64,000 nucleotides of DNA from Smithellaceae bacterium (GCA_963667845.2 CAXXVL010000002.1:1536001-1600000), one strand, 5' to 3'; positions 10,014 through 19,718 are shown, numbered from the stretch's first letter. Numbers and translations are program-made. Notes: generated from the letters alone by a model not told the origin.

Positions 10014-10838
10014 ATGGATGTACGATCCAAATTTTGGCTGCATTTGCAGAACTTTTTAGGGCGCCTGGCCATTACCTTTGTCGCACCGTTTTACTTTATC
10101 CTTGCGCATGCGTTCCATTACCGCATCAGGAACCTGCGGGAACTCCGCCGTCAGTGCGCGGCGGAATTCGCCAGGCATAAGGGACCCTGGTTGGTCTGTG
10201 CCAATCATTTAACCATGATTGATTCCTTTCTGCTGAGCTACGCGGCCTTCAGTTTCGGCAGGCACTTTACGCAGTATAAAAAGCTGCCGTGGAATCTGCC
10301 GGAAAGAAGAAATTTCCAAAGCAATATTTTTCTGGCGGTGCTATGTTATCTGTCCAAGTGCATTCCCGTTGATCGGGGTGGTTCCCGGGAGAAGATGAAG
10401 CAGGTGCTCGAGACCTGCATCTATCTCCTTCGCCACGGGCACTCCATCATGATTTTCCCGGAGGGAGGCAGATCGCGCACCGGCCGTGTGGATAAAGAAA
10501 ATTTTTCCTACGGTGTCGGCCGGTTTGTTCAGGATGCGGAAGACTGCAACGTCATGTGCATCTACCTGCGTGGTGATAAGCAGCATAAATACAGCCTGAT
10601 TCCCGCCTGGGGAGATACGTTTTACGCGCAGATGGAAGTACTTAAACCGGCGCCTGTGAACCAAGAGGGTCTGCGTGCGCAGCGGTTGTATGCAGCGCAG
10701 ATTATCGATCGGCTTGCCAAGATGGAGGAGACGTATTTTGCCTCATATCGGGAACGACGTCGTGGATTTGACCAGTCCGGCGAATGTGCAAAAAAGCACG
10801 GATTTGCGCTTTCTGAAGAAAATCCTCACCGATACTGA
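10014..10838 (+). CDS. Lysophospholipid acyltransferase (PlsC family)
   Basis: NHLTMID (HxxxxD), PVDR and FPEGGRS motifs. Confidence 0.9.
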   Translation: MDVRSKFWLHLQNFLGRLAITFVAPFYFILAHAFHYRIRNLRELRRQCAAEFARHKGPWLVCANHLTMIDSFLLSYAAFSFGRHFTQYKKLPWNLPERRNFQSNIFLAVLCYLSKCIPVDRGGSREKMKQVLETCIYLLRHGHSIMIFPEGGRSRTGRVDKENFSYGVGRFVQDAEDCNVMCIYLRGDKQHKYSLIPAWGDTFYAQMEVLKPAPVNQEGLRAQRLYAAQIIDRLAKMEETYFASYRERRRGFDQSGECAKKHGFALSEENPHRY

Positions 10839-11427
10839 AATTGAGCGGGTCCGTTGCGCAAGCGAGCCCGAAGCGGCGCTCTGGTCTTTTTGGGCCTGCA
10901 AAGAAGCGGCTTATAAAGTTATGAAGAAACAGACCGGCGATGCGGCTTTTATGCCGCGCCGCTGGTCTGTTTGTTTCCGGTGCTCTCGGCCAAACCCTGA
11001 ACGAAACGGTCTCCATCCGGTCAAGGGACAAGCACAGAATCAAAATCTGACGGCAAGCACTGCCGGTTATGTCGCTTCTTCGGAGAGAGACGACATCCCT
11101 TTCTTGCTCCTTTCCTCTCCATCCTATGTTCATGGCCTCGCCGCCGATCAGATCGATTCTCTCGAGAAGGTCATCTGGCGCGTCGCCGTGTTGCCCGATG
11201 GACGGGACGAGAGAGGCGCAGATCCATCCGCGTATGTCCGTTCATGTCTTACGGATGCACTGTCCGGGTTCCTTCAGGCTGAGCAGGCGCGAGTCAAAAT
11301 ATTCCGGGCTCCCCGCGAGCGCGGCGAGCTTGAACCGCCGGCGGTTTATCTTGATGGCATCAAAACGCAAATAGACATCAGCATGAGCCATGACGGACGA
11401 TTTGTTGCCTACGCTTTTCTGACGTGA
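10738..11427 (+). CDS. 4'-phosphopantetheinyl transferase
   Basis: IGNDVVD, WACKEAAYK and ISMSHD motifs; TTG 10738 follows GGAGGAG inside the plsC-like gene. Confidence 0.88.
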   Translation: MPHIGNDVVDLTSPANVQKSTDLRFLKKILTDTEIERVRCASEPEAALWSFWACKEAAYKVMKKQTGDAAFMPRRWSVCFRCSRPNPERNGLHPVKGQAQNQNLTASTAGYVASSERDDIPFLLLSSPSYVHGLAADQIDSLEKVIWRVAVLPDGRDERGADPSAYVRSCLTDALSGFLQAEQARVKIFRAPRERGELEPPAVYLDGIKTQIDISMSHDGRFVAYAFLT

Positions 11428-11543
11428 CGAGCCGGCGGTTTTCTTCGCGGAAACCTCCGATATTGTGTTGTAAGGTTATTTTTCTTGTGCTAAGCAAAAC
11501 TTCACTGCAAGCATGATTAATTGATCGTAAAAGAGGAGGGGAC

Positions 11544-12311
11544 ATGAATTACGGGGAAGTTGTTGCCCTGGTGACCGGCGGAGCATCGGGGTTGGGAGCT
11601 GCTACGGTGCAGGAGTTAGCCGCGCGGGGAGCTAAAGTCATCATCGCCGATCTTGATGCGGTGAAGGGTGAATCTCTGGCCGCCGAAACTCCGGAGCGCG
11701 TCGTTTTCGTTCCGGTGGATGTGACCAATGAGGCGGATGTTCGCCTCGCGATAAAAGAAGCGGTTGACCGGTTTGGTCGAATCAGCGTTGCGGTGAATTG
11801 CGCCGGCGTTCCGGACGCGGGCAAAATATTGGGCCGGAAAGGTCCTCTGCCGCTGGCCTCATTCAACAAAGTGATTCAGATCAATCTGGTCGGAACCTTG
11901 AACGTGATTCGTCTGGCTGTCGAACAGATGGTTAATAACACTCCCAACGCTGAAGGCGAAAAAGGGGTCATCATAAATACCGCGTCCATTGCAGCATTTG
12001 ACGGTCAGGTCGGTCAAGCGGCTTACGCGGCTTCCAAGGGGGGAATCGTGGGGATGACGCTGCCGATTGCGCGGGAATGCGCCGATTACGGCATTCGGGT
12101 CGCGACGATTGCCCCGGGACTATTTGAAACGCCGCTCATGTCCGGTATGCCGCCGGCGGTCAAAGAGAGCATGGCCCAGGGAGTTCCATTCCCGAAGCGG
12201 TTGGGAAGGCCCATGGAATATGCCCGGCTGGTCCTGCACATTATCGAAAATCCGATGCTCAACGGCTGCTGTATTCGTTTGGACGGTGCGCTCAGAATGC
12301 CGCCCAAGTGA
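11544..12311 (+). CDS. 3-hydroxyacyl-CoA dehydrogenase type II (HSD10-like SDR)
   Basis: [24 protein letters not shown] and IRLDGALRM motifs. Confidence 0.92.
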   Translation: MNYGEVVALVTGGASGLGAATVQELAARGAKVIIADLDAVKGESLAAETPERVVFVPVDVTNEADVRLAIKEAVDRFGRISVAVNCAGVPDAGKILGRKGPLPLASFNKVIQINLVGTLNVIRLAVEQMVNNTPNAEGEKGVIINTASIAAFDGQVGQAAYAASKGGIVGMTLPIARECADYGIRVATIAPGLFETPLMSGMPPAVKESMAQGVPFPKRLGRPMEYARLVLHIIENPMLNGCCIRLDGALRMPPK

Positions 12312-12437
12312 CGAAAGACTTTTGGTGATCTCATGTCTCACGGATGATGATCCGGGGGAATTGATCAAAAAAGCGTTGTGAATGCATGTCGTCTGCTTAT
12401 CGATTCGAACGAATGATAACGGGTACTTTTTGAATCT

Positions 12438-13400
12438 ATGAAGCCGTCCCCGACTGGAAATATTTCGCAGGGTATTGAATCAATTATATTTCATCAAGTC
12501 TTTGACATGGTGGACATCGGTCTCGTTATCCTCGACCATGATCTGCGCGTCAGTTACTGGAACCGTTGGATGCATCTTCACAGCCATATCGAGCCCGAAA
12601 AAATCATCGGATCGTTTGTGTGCGATGTTTTCCCCAACTTAAAGCGGCCGCGGTTTTTAAATAACTGCAAAGCCGTTTTCACTTTCGGAAATTTTTGTTT
12701 TTTTTCTCAAAAGCTTCACCATTACTTATTCCCGCTTAAACCGATCAGTTCTTTTGATTCTGATTTCAAATATATGCAGCAAAACTGCACGATCGGACCG
12801 TTGCGTAATGAAAATAATGATATTACCCATCTCTTTATTGCCGTTCACGATGTGACGGAAACCGTCGGCTTCGAGCAGAAGCTGATGGAACTCAACATGA
12901 TGGATGCATTGACCGGCGTGAATAACCGCCGGAGCCTCGAATTGCACTTGAAGGACGAGGTAGACCGCCATAAACGACACGGTCGTCCTTTGAGCCTGAT
13001 CATGTTCGACATTGATCATTTTAAACACGTCAATGACACGTATGGTCATCAGTGCGGCGACTCCATCCTTCAGGCGATCGCCGAACTGATTAGCACTTCC
13101 ATCCGCAGCGAAGACATTCTGGCACGCTATGGCGGTGAAGAATTCTGCTGTATATTGCCGGAAACTCCGCTTTCCGTGGCGGTTGTCCTCGCTGAACGGT
13201 TCCGGGAGGCAATTGCCGGCCACGTATTTTCGTTTCAGGATCATCGTATCCGTCTCACGATCAGTCTGGGAGTATCGGCGATGGGAATAAATACGGCAAC
13301 GGCGGATGCACTTTTGAAAAACGCCGATGAAGGCCTGTATGCGGCGAAAAACAGGGGACGCAACCAGCTTGAAGTTGTTCGTTCGGCGAAAGACGATTGA
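12438..13400 (+). CDS. PAS-like sensor diguanylate cyclase
   Basis: DALTG, DIDHFK, RxxD I-site (RSED) and GGEEF; N-terminal PAS-like region. Confidence 0.92.
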   Translation: MKPSPTGNISQGIESIIFHQVFDMVDIGLVILDHDLRVSYWNRWMHLHSHIEPEKIIGSFVCDVFPNLKRPRFLNNCKAVFTFGNFCFFSQKLHHYLFPLKPISSFDSDFKYMQQNCTIGPLRNENNDITHLFIAVHDVTETVGFEQKLMELNMMDALTGVNNRRSLELHLKDEVDRHKRHGRPLSLIMFDIDHFKHVNDTYGHQCGDSILQAIAELISTSIRSEDILARYGGEEFCCILPETPLSVAVVLAERFREAIAGHVFSFQDHRIRLTISLGVSAMGINTATADALLKNADEGLYAAKNRGRNQLEVVRSAKDD

Positions 13401-13471
13401 AGCGCCATTTTTGATATGTGAGCGTTTACGGCAGGACATGAAACATTATCTCCCCGGGTGCGAGGTCGGTC

Positions 13472-13852
13472 ATGATTAGAAAAATATTGATTGTTGACGA
13501 TTCGCCTGTTTCCATCAAAATTATCAAGAGCTGCCTCCCCAGGGATCGCACCTATGAATTGTACGATGCGGCAGACGGCAAGATCGGGGTGGAGTTGTTC
13601 AAACGAATCAAACCGGATCTGACGTTTATGGACTTGACCATGCCGGTGATGAACGGCTTCGAAGCCTTGCAGGAAATCATGAAACTGGATTCCCGGGCGA
13701 TGGTCGTGATTGCCACTGCCGATGTTCAGATTAAGGCCATTGCCCGAGCCCATGACCTCGGTGCTTTTTCCGTTGTGAGAAAACCGCCGACAAAAGAAAA
13801 TATCGCCGCTGCGATTTCAGAAGTTGAAAAAGCGCTCATGGCGCGGGGATAA
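13472..13852 (+). CDS. Single-domain response regulator (CheY-like)
   Basis: LIVDDS, MDLTMPVMNG, T, KP receiver motifs. Confidence 0.92.
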   Translation: MIRKILIVDDSPVSIKIIKSCLPRDRTYELYDAADGKIGVELFKRIKPDLTFMDLTMPVMNGFEALQEIMKLDSRAMVVIATADVQIKAIARAHDLGAFSVVRKPPTKENIAAAISEVEKALMARG

Positions 13853-13855
13853 TTT

Positions 13856-14506
13856 ATGAGTTCAAACATTCAAGACGCCATGATCACCGCGGAAGAAACC
13901 GATATCCTGCAGGAAATCATGAATATCGCGTTCGGTCGCGCCGCTTCCGATCTCGCCGAATACATCGATATTTTGGTTATCCTCAGCGTTCCGTTCGTCA
14001 AGCTGCTGAGGTCATCGGACCTCCCGCCTTATATCAGCGCCGAAATTAGAGCCTATGACAAGGTTTCTCTGGTTGAACAGAACTTTTGGGGGAAGTTTAA
14101 AGGCAGCGCGTTCCTGGTTTTTCCGGCGGACAGCGGCAAAAAAATTCTGTCCCTTCTCGACGGGGGGGCGGAGCAATACTTTGAATCGGACCCCATCAAT
14201 GAACTGGAAAAAGAGACATTCCGCGAAGTCGGTAATATCCTGATCGGCGCCTGCATCGGAAAGATTGCCGAACTGCTGGGGGATGTCATCACATATTCTC
14301 CACCCCGGGTGGTTGTGGAAAGAAGCCAGCGGGGAATCATATCAGACCGTCTCTTCGTCCCGGATAATCTGGCGATTGTGCTGAGAACCGTCTTTGAATT
14401 TAATGAGCAGAATATCAGCGGCTACCTTTTTATTATAACCAGTGACGAATCTTTTGCCTGGCTCAAGACGGCGTTGCATAATTTTCTGGAACAGTATGAA
14501 TGTTGA
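13856..14506 (+). CDS. CheC-like phosphatase
   Basis: Two ExxN motifs (EIMNI, EVGNI); YSPP. Confidence 0.85.
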   Translation: MSSNIQDAMITAEETDILQEIMNIAFGRAASDLAEYIDILVILSVPFVKLLRSSDLPPYISAEIRAYDKVSLVEQNFWGKFKGSAFLVFPADSGKKILSLLDGGAEQYFESDPINELEKETFREVGNILIGACIGKIAELLGDVITYSPPRVVVERSQRGIISDRLFVPDNLAIVLRTVFEFNEQNISGYLFIITSDESFAWLKTALHNFLEQYEC

Positions 14507-14556
14507 TCCTTTTGTTTTCTGCAGGCCGGTTCCGATAGCGGCGTCCGGTGTCCTGT

Positions 14557-15300
14557 TTATTCACTGATTTCTTTTCTCAATTTAATCGGTTTGATCTGTT
14601 TTTTACGCATGCGAAGATTGAGCATCTCGACGGCCACGGAAAAAGCCATCGCAAAGTAGATATAGCCTTTCGGCACGTGGACATCGAAACCCTCCACGAT
14701 GAGCGTGACACCCACCAGAATGAGAAAGGACAAGGCCAGGATTTTGATGGTCGGGTGTGCATCCACGAAATTGGCAATCGGTTTCGCGGCAATCAGCATG
14801 ATGCCGACGGCAACGATAATTGCAATCGCCATGATCGAGATGTGCTGGGCCAGTCCGACGGCTGTGATGACGGAATCCAGAGAAAAAACAATATCGAGGA
14901 TGGCAATCTGAATCAGCACCGGCGCCATTTGCACCGTTTTGAGTTTTGGTCTTTCCTCTTCCAGACCCTCCAGGCTGCCGTGAATTTCATGGGTTGCTTT
15001 GGCGAGCAGGAACAACCCTCCACCGATGAGGATGATGTCGCGTCCCGAAATGCCCTGTCCGAAGATAGAGAACCAGGGCTCAGTCAAATTGGCCACCCAG
15101 ACAATGGAAAAAAGCAGCGCGAGGCGGGTCAGCATCGCCAGCATTAATCCCAGATTACGGGCCAGATTTCTTTTGCGGGCGGGCAGTCGCCCGACCAGAA
15201 TGGAAATAAAGATGATATTGTCAATACCGAGGACAATCTCCAGAGCGGTCAGGGTTCCGAGGGCAATCCAAGCCTCGGGACTGGCAAACCAGGCAAACAT
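14557..15300 (-). CDS. TerC family membrane protein
   Basis: LEIVLGIDN, DIVFSLDSVITAVG and KGYIYFAMAFS motifs. Confidence 0.93.
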   Translation of the reverse strand: MFAWFASPEAWIALGTLTALEIVLGIDNIIFISILVGRLPARKRNLARNLGLMLAMLTRLALLFSIVWVANLTEPWFSIFGQGISGRDIILIGGGLFLLAKATHEIHGSLEGLEEERPKLKTVQMAPVLIQIAILDIVFSLDSVITAVGLAQHISIMAIAIIVAVGIMLIAAKPIANFVDAHPTIKILALSFLILVGVTLIVEGFDVHVPKGYIYFAMAFSVAVEMLNLRMRKKQIKPIKLRKEISE

Positions 15301-15329
15301 AGTCTCTCTCCATGCGTTCAATTAAATTG

Positions 15330-15365
15330 AAAAAACCAGCAGGATGAAAACTTTGTCCGCTGGTT
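15330..15365 (-). terminator. Intrinsic terminator-like hairpin just upstream of terC
   Basis: AACCAGC(GGA)...(TCCT)GCTGGTT stem followed by a T-run on the minus strand. Confidence 0.55.
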
Positions 15366-15517
15366 ATGCTTAATACCAACACTAAAGAAACGATAGCTTA
15401 GTTTAATTCCGTTTTCAAATTAAAGATGTTGTCAGACGGCAGGCGGAATATCGGTCAAGGGAATGGTCTTGCCGCAGATCGATGATTTATACCGCTTCCT
15501 GCGAATGCGGTTTGAAG

Positions 15518-16114
15518 CTAATATTCGATACCTGCCCGGTCCTTGATGCCGGCTGCATAGTGGTGTTTAATTTCCTTGACTTCACTTACTGTGTCGGCAA
15601 GTTTGATGACGGCTTTCGCCGCGTAGCGGCCGGTCAGAATCAGGTCCAGTGCCGGCGGTTTGTGGGTAATCAAGGCAATCAGGTCTTCGAGAGGGATCAA
15701 TTTAAAATCCACGGCAACGTTGATTTCATCAAGGATCACCATGTCATATTTTCCCGAGCCGACGGCTTTTTTCGCCAAATCGAACCCCTGTTGGGCGAGC
15801 TCGATATCGATCGGTGCGGGACGGTCGCGCATGACAAAGCTGTCCAGGCCCGTGCGGATAATCGTCAGTCGCGGCAGGTATTTTTCTGCGGCAACAAACT
15901 CGCCATAGTTGCGACCTTTCATAAACTGGACGATAAAGACTTTTAGGCCCTGGCCGACGGCGCGCAAGGCCTGACCGAAAGCAGAGGTCGTCTTGCCCTT
16001 GCCGTTTCCGGTAATCACAATGACCAGCCCGCGATGAGGCGGTTGTGGAACGGCAGATGGTTTCCCGGCAGCGACCGGCTTCCTTCCTGCTTTTTGGCGA
16101 ACTGCTTTTGTCAT
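15518..16114 (-). CDS. cobO: Cob(I)alamin adenosyltransferase (CobO/BtuR)
   Basis: TGNGKGKTT, VQFMKG, ILDEI, LTGR and GIEY motifs; ATG overlaps the meaB stop. Confidence 0.93.
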   Translation of the reverse strand: MTKAVRQKAGRKPVAAGKPSAVPQPPHRGLVIVITGNGKGKTTSAFGQALRAVGQGLKVFIVQFMKGRNYGEFVAAEKYLPRLTIIRTGLDSFVMRDRPAPIDIELAQQGFDLAKKAVGSGKYDMVILDEINVAVDFKLIPLEDLIALITHKPPALDLILTGRYAAKAVIKLADTVSEVKEIKHHYAAGIKDRAGIEY

Positions 16115-17082
16115 GGTATTTCTCCCGGTTTCAGAAAGCGATGCGCGATGGCTTCCGCTTCCGTATAAGGATCCACATCCCGATTTCTTACTCTTTGGGC
16201 GAGACTTTTCAATTCGCCGCTTTTGATCAGGCGATCCAGAACGGGTTCCAGGATACAGGACCGCAGCGCGTCTGTTATTTCCATCAGGGCTTTTCGTTCC
16301 ATGCGTTCGGATAGTTGTCCGCTGATGACAAGATGCGCATAGTGATCGGATACTTTTTGCGCAAGCTGGGCCGTTTTTTCGGCAAAGTCCGCCGGTTCGT
16401 ACAGATTGCCGATGCTCACGATGGGCGGCTGCCATGATCCCTTTGACTTTCGCGAGGCGGCCAGCAGCGCGGCAAGCTCGGTCTGGAGTTGCTTCGCGCC
16501 GGGGCGGTCGGCCTTGTTAACGGCGAACACATCGGCAATTTCCATGATGCCGGCCTTCATGGTTTGAATTTCATCGCCCATCCCGGGAACCAGCACGACG
16601 ATGACACTGTGTGCATGGTTGATGATGTCGAGTTCCTGCTGACCGATGCCGACCGTTTCCACAATGACCACATCCTTGCCCATGGCTTCCATGACGTGGA
16701 TGGCGTCGCCCGCGGCTTGCGAGAGCCCGCCGAGGGCGCCCCGCGTGGCCAGCGACCGGATGAACACTCCGTCATCTTCCGCGTGGCGAAGCATGCGGAC
16801 GCGGTCGCCCAGGATGGCCCCGCCGGTGAAAGGGCTTGTCGGATCGACGGCCAGAACGCCCACGGTTTTTTGATGTTTGCGGAATTCGCCGATCAGCGCG
16901 TCCGTGAGCGTGCTCTTACCCGCGCCGGGTGCGCCGGTGATGCCGATGATAAACGATTTGCCCGTGTGCCGGAACAGCTGTTGGAGTCTGGGTCGCGCCT
17001 CGGGCAGTTTGTCTTCCAGATCGCGGATCAGACGCGAAGCGGTGCGGACATCGCCTGCGCATATTTTATCCGTAATATCCAT
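16111..17082 (-). CDS. meaB: Acyl-CoA mutase-associated GTPase
   Basis: GAPGAGKST, DPTSPFTGGAILGDRVRM, ETVG and NKAD motifs. Confidence 0.95.
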   Translation of the reverse strand: MDITDKICAGDVRTASRLIRDLEDKLPEARPRLQQLFRHTGKSFIIGITGAPGAGKSTLTDALIGEFRKHQKTVGVLAVDPTSPFTGGAILGDRVRMLRHAEDDGVFIRSLATRGALGGLSQAAGDAIHVMEAMGKDVVIVETVGIGQQELDIINHAHSVIVVLVPGMGDEIQTMKAGIMEIADVFAVNKADRPGAKQLQTELAALLAASRKSKGSWQPPIVSIGNLYEPADFAEKTAQLAQKVSDHYAHLVISGQLSERMERKALMEITDALRSCILEPVLDRLIKSGELKSLAQRVRNRDVDPYTEAEAIAHRFLKPGEIP

Positions 17083-17090
17083 GATAGCGA

Positions 17091-17495
17091 TCAGTCTCTG
17101 TTTTGAATGTTGGTGCGAATCCAGTCCACAATCGAATCGAGCGAGGCGCCCGGCGTAAAGATGGCTTTAATGCCCGCGTCATACAGCATGGGGAAATCCT
17201 GATCGGGGATAATGCCGCCGCCGATCACGGTAATATCCGCCGCGTTCTTTTCTTTAAGCAATTCTACCACACGCGGAAACAAAATACGATGCGCTCCCGA
17301 CAGGCAGCTCAATCCCACAAGGTCAACGTCTTCCTGAATGGCTGCGGAGGCGACCTGCTCCGGTGTTTGATGGCAGCCGGTGTAAATCACTTCAAATCCT
17401 GCGTCGCGAAAACAGCGGGCCAGGATGCGCGCACCCCGGTCGTGGCCGTCCAGACCGGGTTTAGCCACCATTACTCGAATTTTTCTTGCTGACAT
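17091..17495 (-). CDS. B12-binding small subunit of acyl-CoA mutase
   Basis: [10 protein letters not shown] (DxHxxG), SCLSGAH and GGIIP motifs. Confidence 0.95.
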   Translation of the reverse strand: MSARKIRVMVAKPGLDGHDRGARILARCFRDAGFEVIYTGCHQTPEQVASAAIQEDVDLVGLSCLSGAHRILFPRVVELLKEKNAADITVIGGGIIPDQDFPMLYDAGIKAIFTPGASLDSIVDWIRTNIQNRD

Positions 17496-17679
17496 AATCT
17501 CTCCTTACAATACTTCTAATGCCGAATCGCATTTATCACGATGCCGCGGCGGCAAGAAGGAGGCGCCGGAGGCTTATTTCTAAAGTAACTGCCGAGCTCC
17601 CGTTTGGGTCTCAGGTTATATGCTGAGGACGCCCGTGACGCAGCCAACAGAGGCAGCCTTATCCAGGCAGCCTGGTTTC

Positions 17680-19428
17680 TTAATACAAGCCGGGGTCCCT
17701 GTATTCCCCGTAAACGTCGCGATAGACGTCGCAGATTTCCTGCAGGGTTGCCAGATTTTTAACCGCTACGATGCAGTAGGGCATCACATTCGTGCCGTTT
17801 TTGCAGGCGGCGCGGATGTCGCCTAGCGACTGTTTCACCGCACGGTTGTCACGTTTGCGACGGACGTCCCGAACCCTTTTGATCTGCTCTTCACCGATCT
17901 TTTCGTTAATTTCCATCAGCGGCACTGCATGTTGAACTTCGGTGACATACTTGTTGACGCCGACCATGATTTTTTCTTTGGCTTCAATCTGCTGCTGGAA
18001 TTTGTAGGCCGCATCGGCGATTTCCATCTGAGGAAAACCTTTTTCGATCGCCGCGATCATGCCGCCCATGGCGTCGATCTTTTCGATATACTCCCAGGTC
18101 TTTTCCTCGATTTCATTGGTGAGGGATTCAACAAAATAGGAGCCGGCCAGAGGATCGATGGTGTTCGCGATGCCGGTTTCTTCAGCCAGAATCTGCTGGG
18201 TCCGCAATGCCACTTCCACGGCGTGCTCGGACGGCAGACAGAACACTTCATCGAGCGAGTTGGTATGCAGCGATTGCGTTCCGCCCATAACGGCGGCGAG
18301 CGCTTCCACCGTGGTGCGGATAATGTTGTTGTAAGGCTGCTGAGCGGTGAGCGAGCAGCCGGCGGTTTGCGTATGGAAGCGCATCCACAACGAACGGGGA
18401 TTCTTTGCGCCGAAACGGTCGCGCATAATTTTAGCCCAGATGCGGCGCGCAGCGCGCAGTTTGCAGACTTCCTCAAAGAAATCGATGTGCGAATTAAAGA
18501 AGAATGACAGGCGTGGTGCGAAATCATCCACATTCATTTTTTTGCGGCGGATAACGTCTTCAACGTATTCGATGCCGTCCCGGAGTGTGAAGGCGAGTTC
18601 CTGAACTGCGGTGGCGCCGGCTTCGCGGATGTGATAGCCGCTCACGCTGATCGTATTCCAGCGGGGAACGTACTTGGCGCCGAACTCCACGGTGTCGCTG
18701 ATCAGTTTGATGGAGGGTTCCGGCGGGCACATAAACGTCTTCTGCGCAATAAACTCTTTGAGCATATCGTTTTGAATCGTGCCGCCGATTTTGGTAAGCG
18801 GTACGCCTTTGATCTCGGCCGCCGCACAGTACATGGCCCACAGGACGGTGGCCGGCGGGTTGATGGTCATGGATGTGGTGACCTGATCGAGCGGAATGCC
18901 GCAGATCAGAGCCAGAAAATCTTCGAGCGTGTCGATGGCAACGCCGCACTTGCCTACTTCTCCCAGGGAGCGGGGGGAGTCGCTGTCATAACCCATAAGG
19001 GTCGGAAAATCGAAAGCCGTACTCAAGCCTGTCTGCCCTTCGCGCAAAAGCATATGCCAGCGGGCGTTGGTGTCCTGAGCGCTTCCCATGCCGGAGAACA
19101 TGCGAAGTGTCCAGAGCCGTCCTCGGTAACCGGTGACCTGGTTGCCGCGCAGGTAGGGATATTCACCCGGAACGCCGATGTCCCGGGCAAAATTCATGTC
19201 CTTTAAATCTTCCGGTGTGTAGAGTCTTTTGATATCCAGATCGGAAACGGTGGAAAACCGGTCTTTCTGGTCGGGATTACTTTTCAATGCTTCTTGAACA
19301 TCATTTCCCCATTTTTCAGAAAGCTTTTGAGATGTCTTTTGTGTCTCGTCCGAAAAATACAATTTTACCCCCTGTTGATTCGAGTCGTCGACAGACAGTG
19401 ATCCTGAAGGGTCAGCAATAAGAAGCAT
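17680..19428 (-). CDS. Acyl-CoA mutase large subunit, isobutyryl-CoA mutase-like
   Basis: GLSTAFD, GTIQND, SGYHIREAG and SLHTNSLDE motifs; F and Q at the MCM Tyr89/Arg207 positions; alternative TTG start at 19362. Confidence 0.92.
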   Translation of the reverse strand: MLLIADPSGSLSVDDSNQQGVKLYFSDETQKTSQKLSEKWGNDVQEALKSNPDQKDRFSTVSDLDIKRLYTPEDLKDMNFARDIGVPGEYPYLRGNQVTGYRGRLWTLRMFSGMGSAQDTNARWHMLLREGQTGLSTAFDFPTLMGYDSDSPRSLGEVGKCGVAIDTLEDFLALICGIPLDQVTTSMTINPPATVLWAMYCAAAEIKGVPLTKIGGTIQNDMLKEFIAQKTFMCPPEPSIKLISDTVEFGAKYVPRWNTISVSGYHIREAGATAVQELAFTLRDGIEYVEDVIRRKKMNVDDFAPRLSFFFNSHIDFFEEVCKLRAARRIWAKIMRDRFGAKNPRSLWMRFHTQTAGCSLTAQQPYNNIIRTTVEALAAVMGGTQSLHTNSLDEVFCLPSEHAVEVALRTQQILAEETGIANTIDPLAGSYFVESLTNEIEEKTWEYIEKIDAMGGMIAAIEKGFPQMEIADAAYKFQQQIEAKEKIMVGVNKYVTEVQHAVPLMEINEKIGEEQIKRVRDVRRKRDNRAVKQSLGDIRAACKNGTNVMPYCIVAVKNLATLQEICDVYRDVYGEYRDPGLY

Positions 19429-19676
19429 TCACGACCTCTCCTCGCTAATGATTAAAGGGTCGCAAGCGGGAAAACCTCAAGAGGATTGCCTGTCAAAAAA
19501 TTAGTCAGGGACTAACTCAAATGTTTTGTTTTTGTCAAGAGATATTAAGATTTCCATGTGCTTGCGGAAAGTCTTTGTCTCGATGTGGTAATACCGACTT
19601 TGGGGAAAAACGGGGCAAATGGTGAGGATTGATTTTGGAGTCACCCCAGTGCGCTCCAGGTGAAAGGAACACAAAT

Positions 19677-19718
19677 AAAAAACGCTCCGGCCTGTTAAGG
19701 TCCGGAGCGTCGCTTTTT
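19677..19718 (-). terminator. Intrinsic terminator downstream of cspA
   Basis: ACGCTCCGG/CCGGAGCGT stem flanked by A- and T-runs. Confidence 0.8.

Noticed and set aside
19430..19700. Cobalamin riboswitch ahead of the B12 mutase operon
   Set aside because: No B12-box or other conserved riboswitch motifs are visible.
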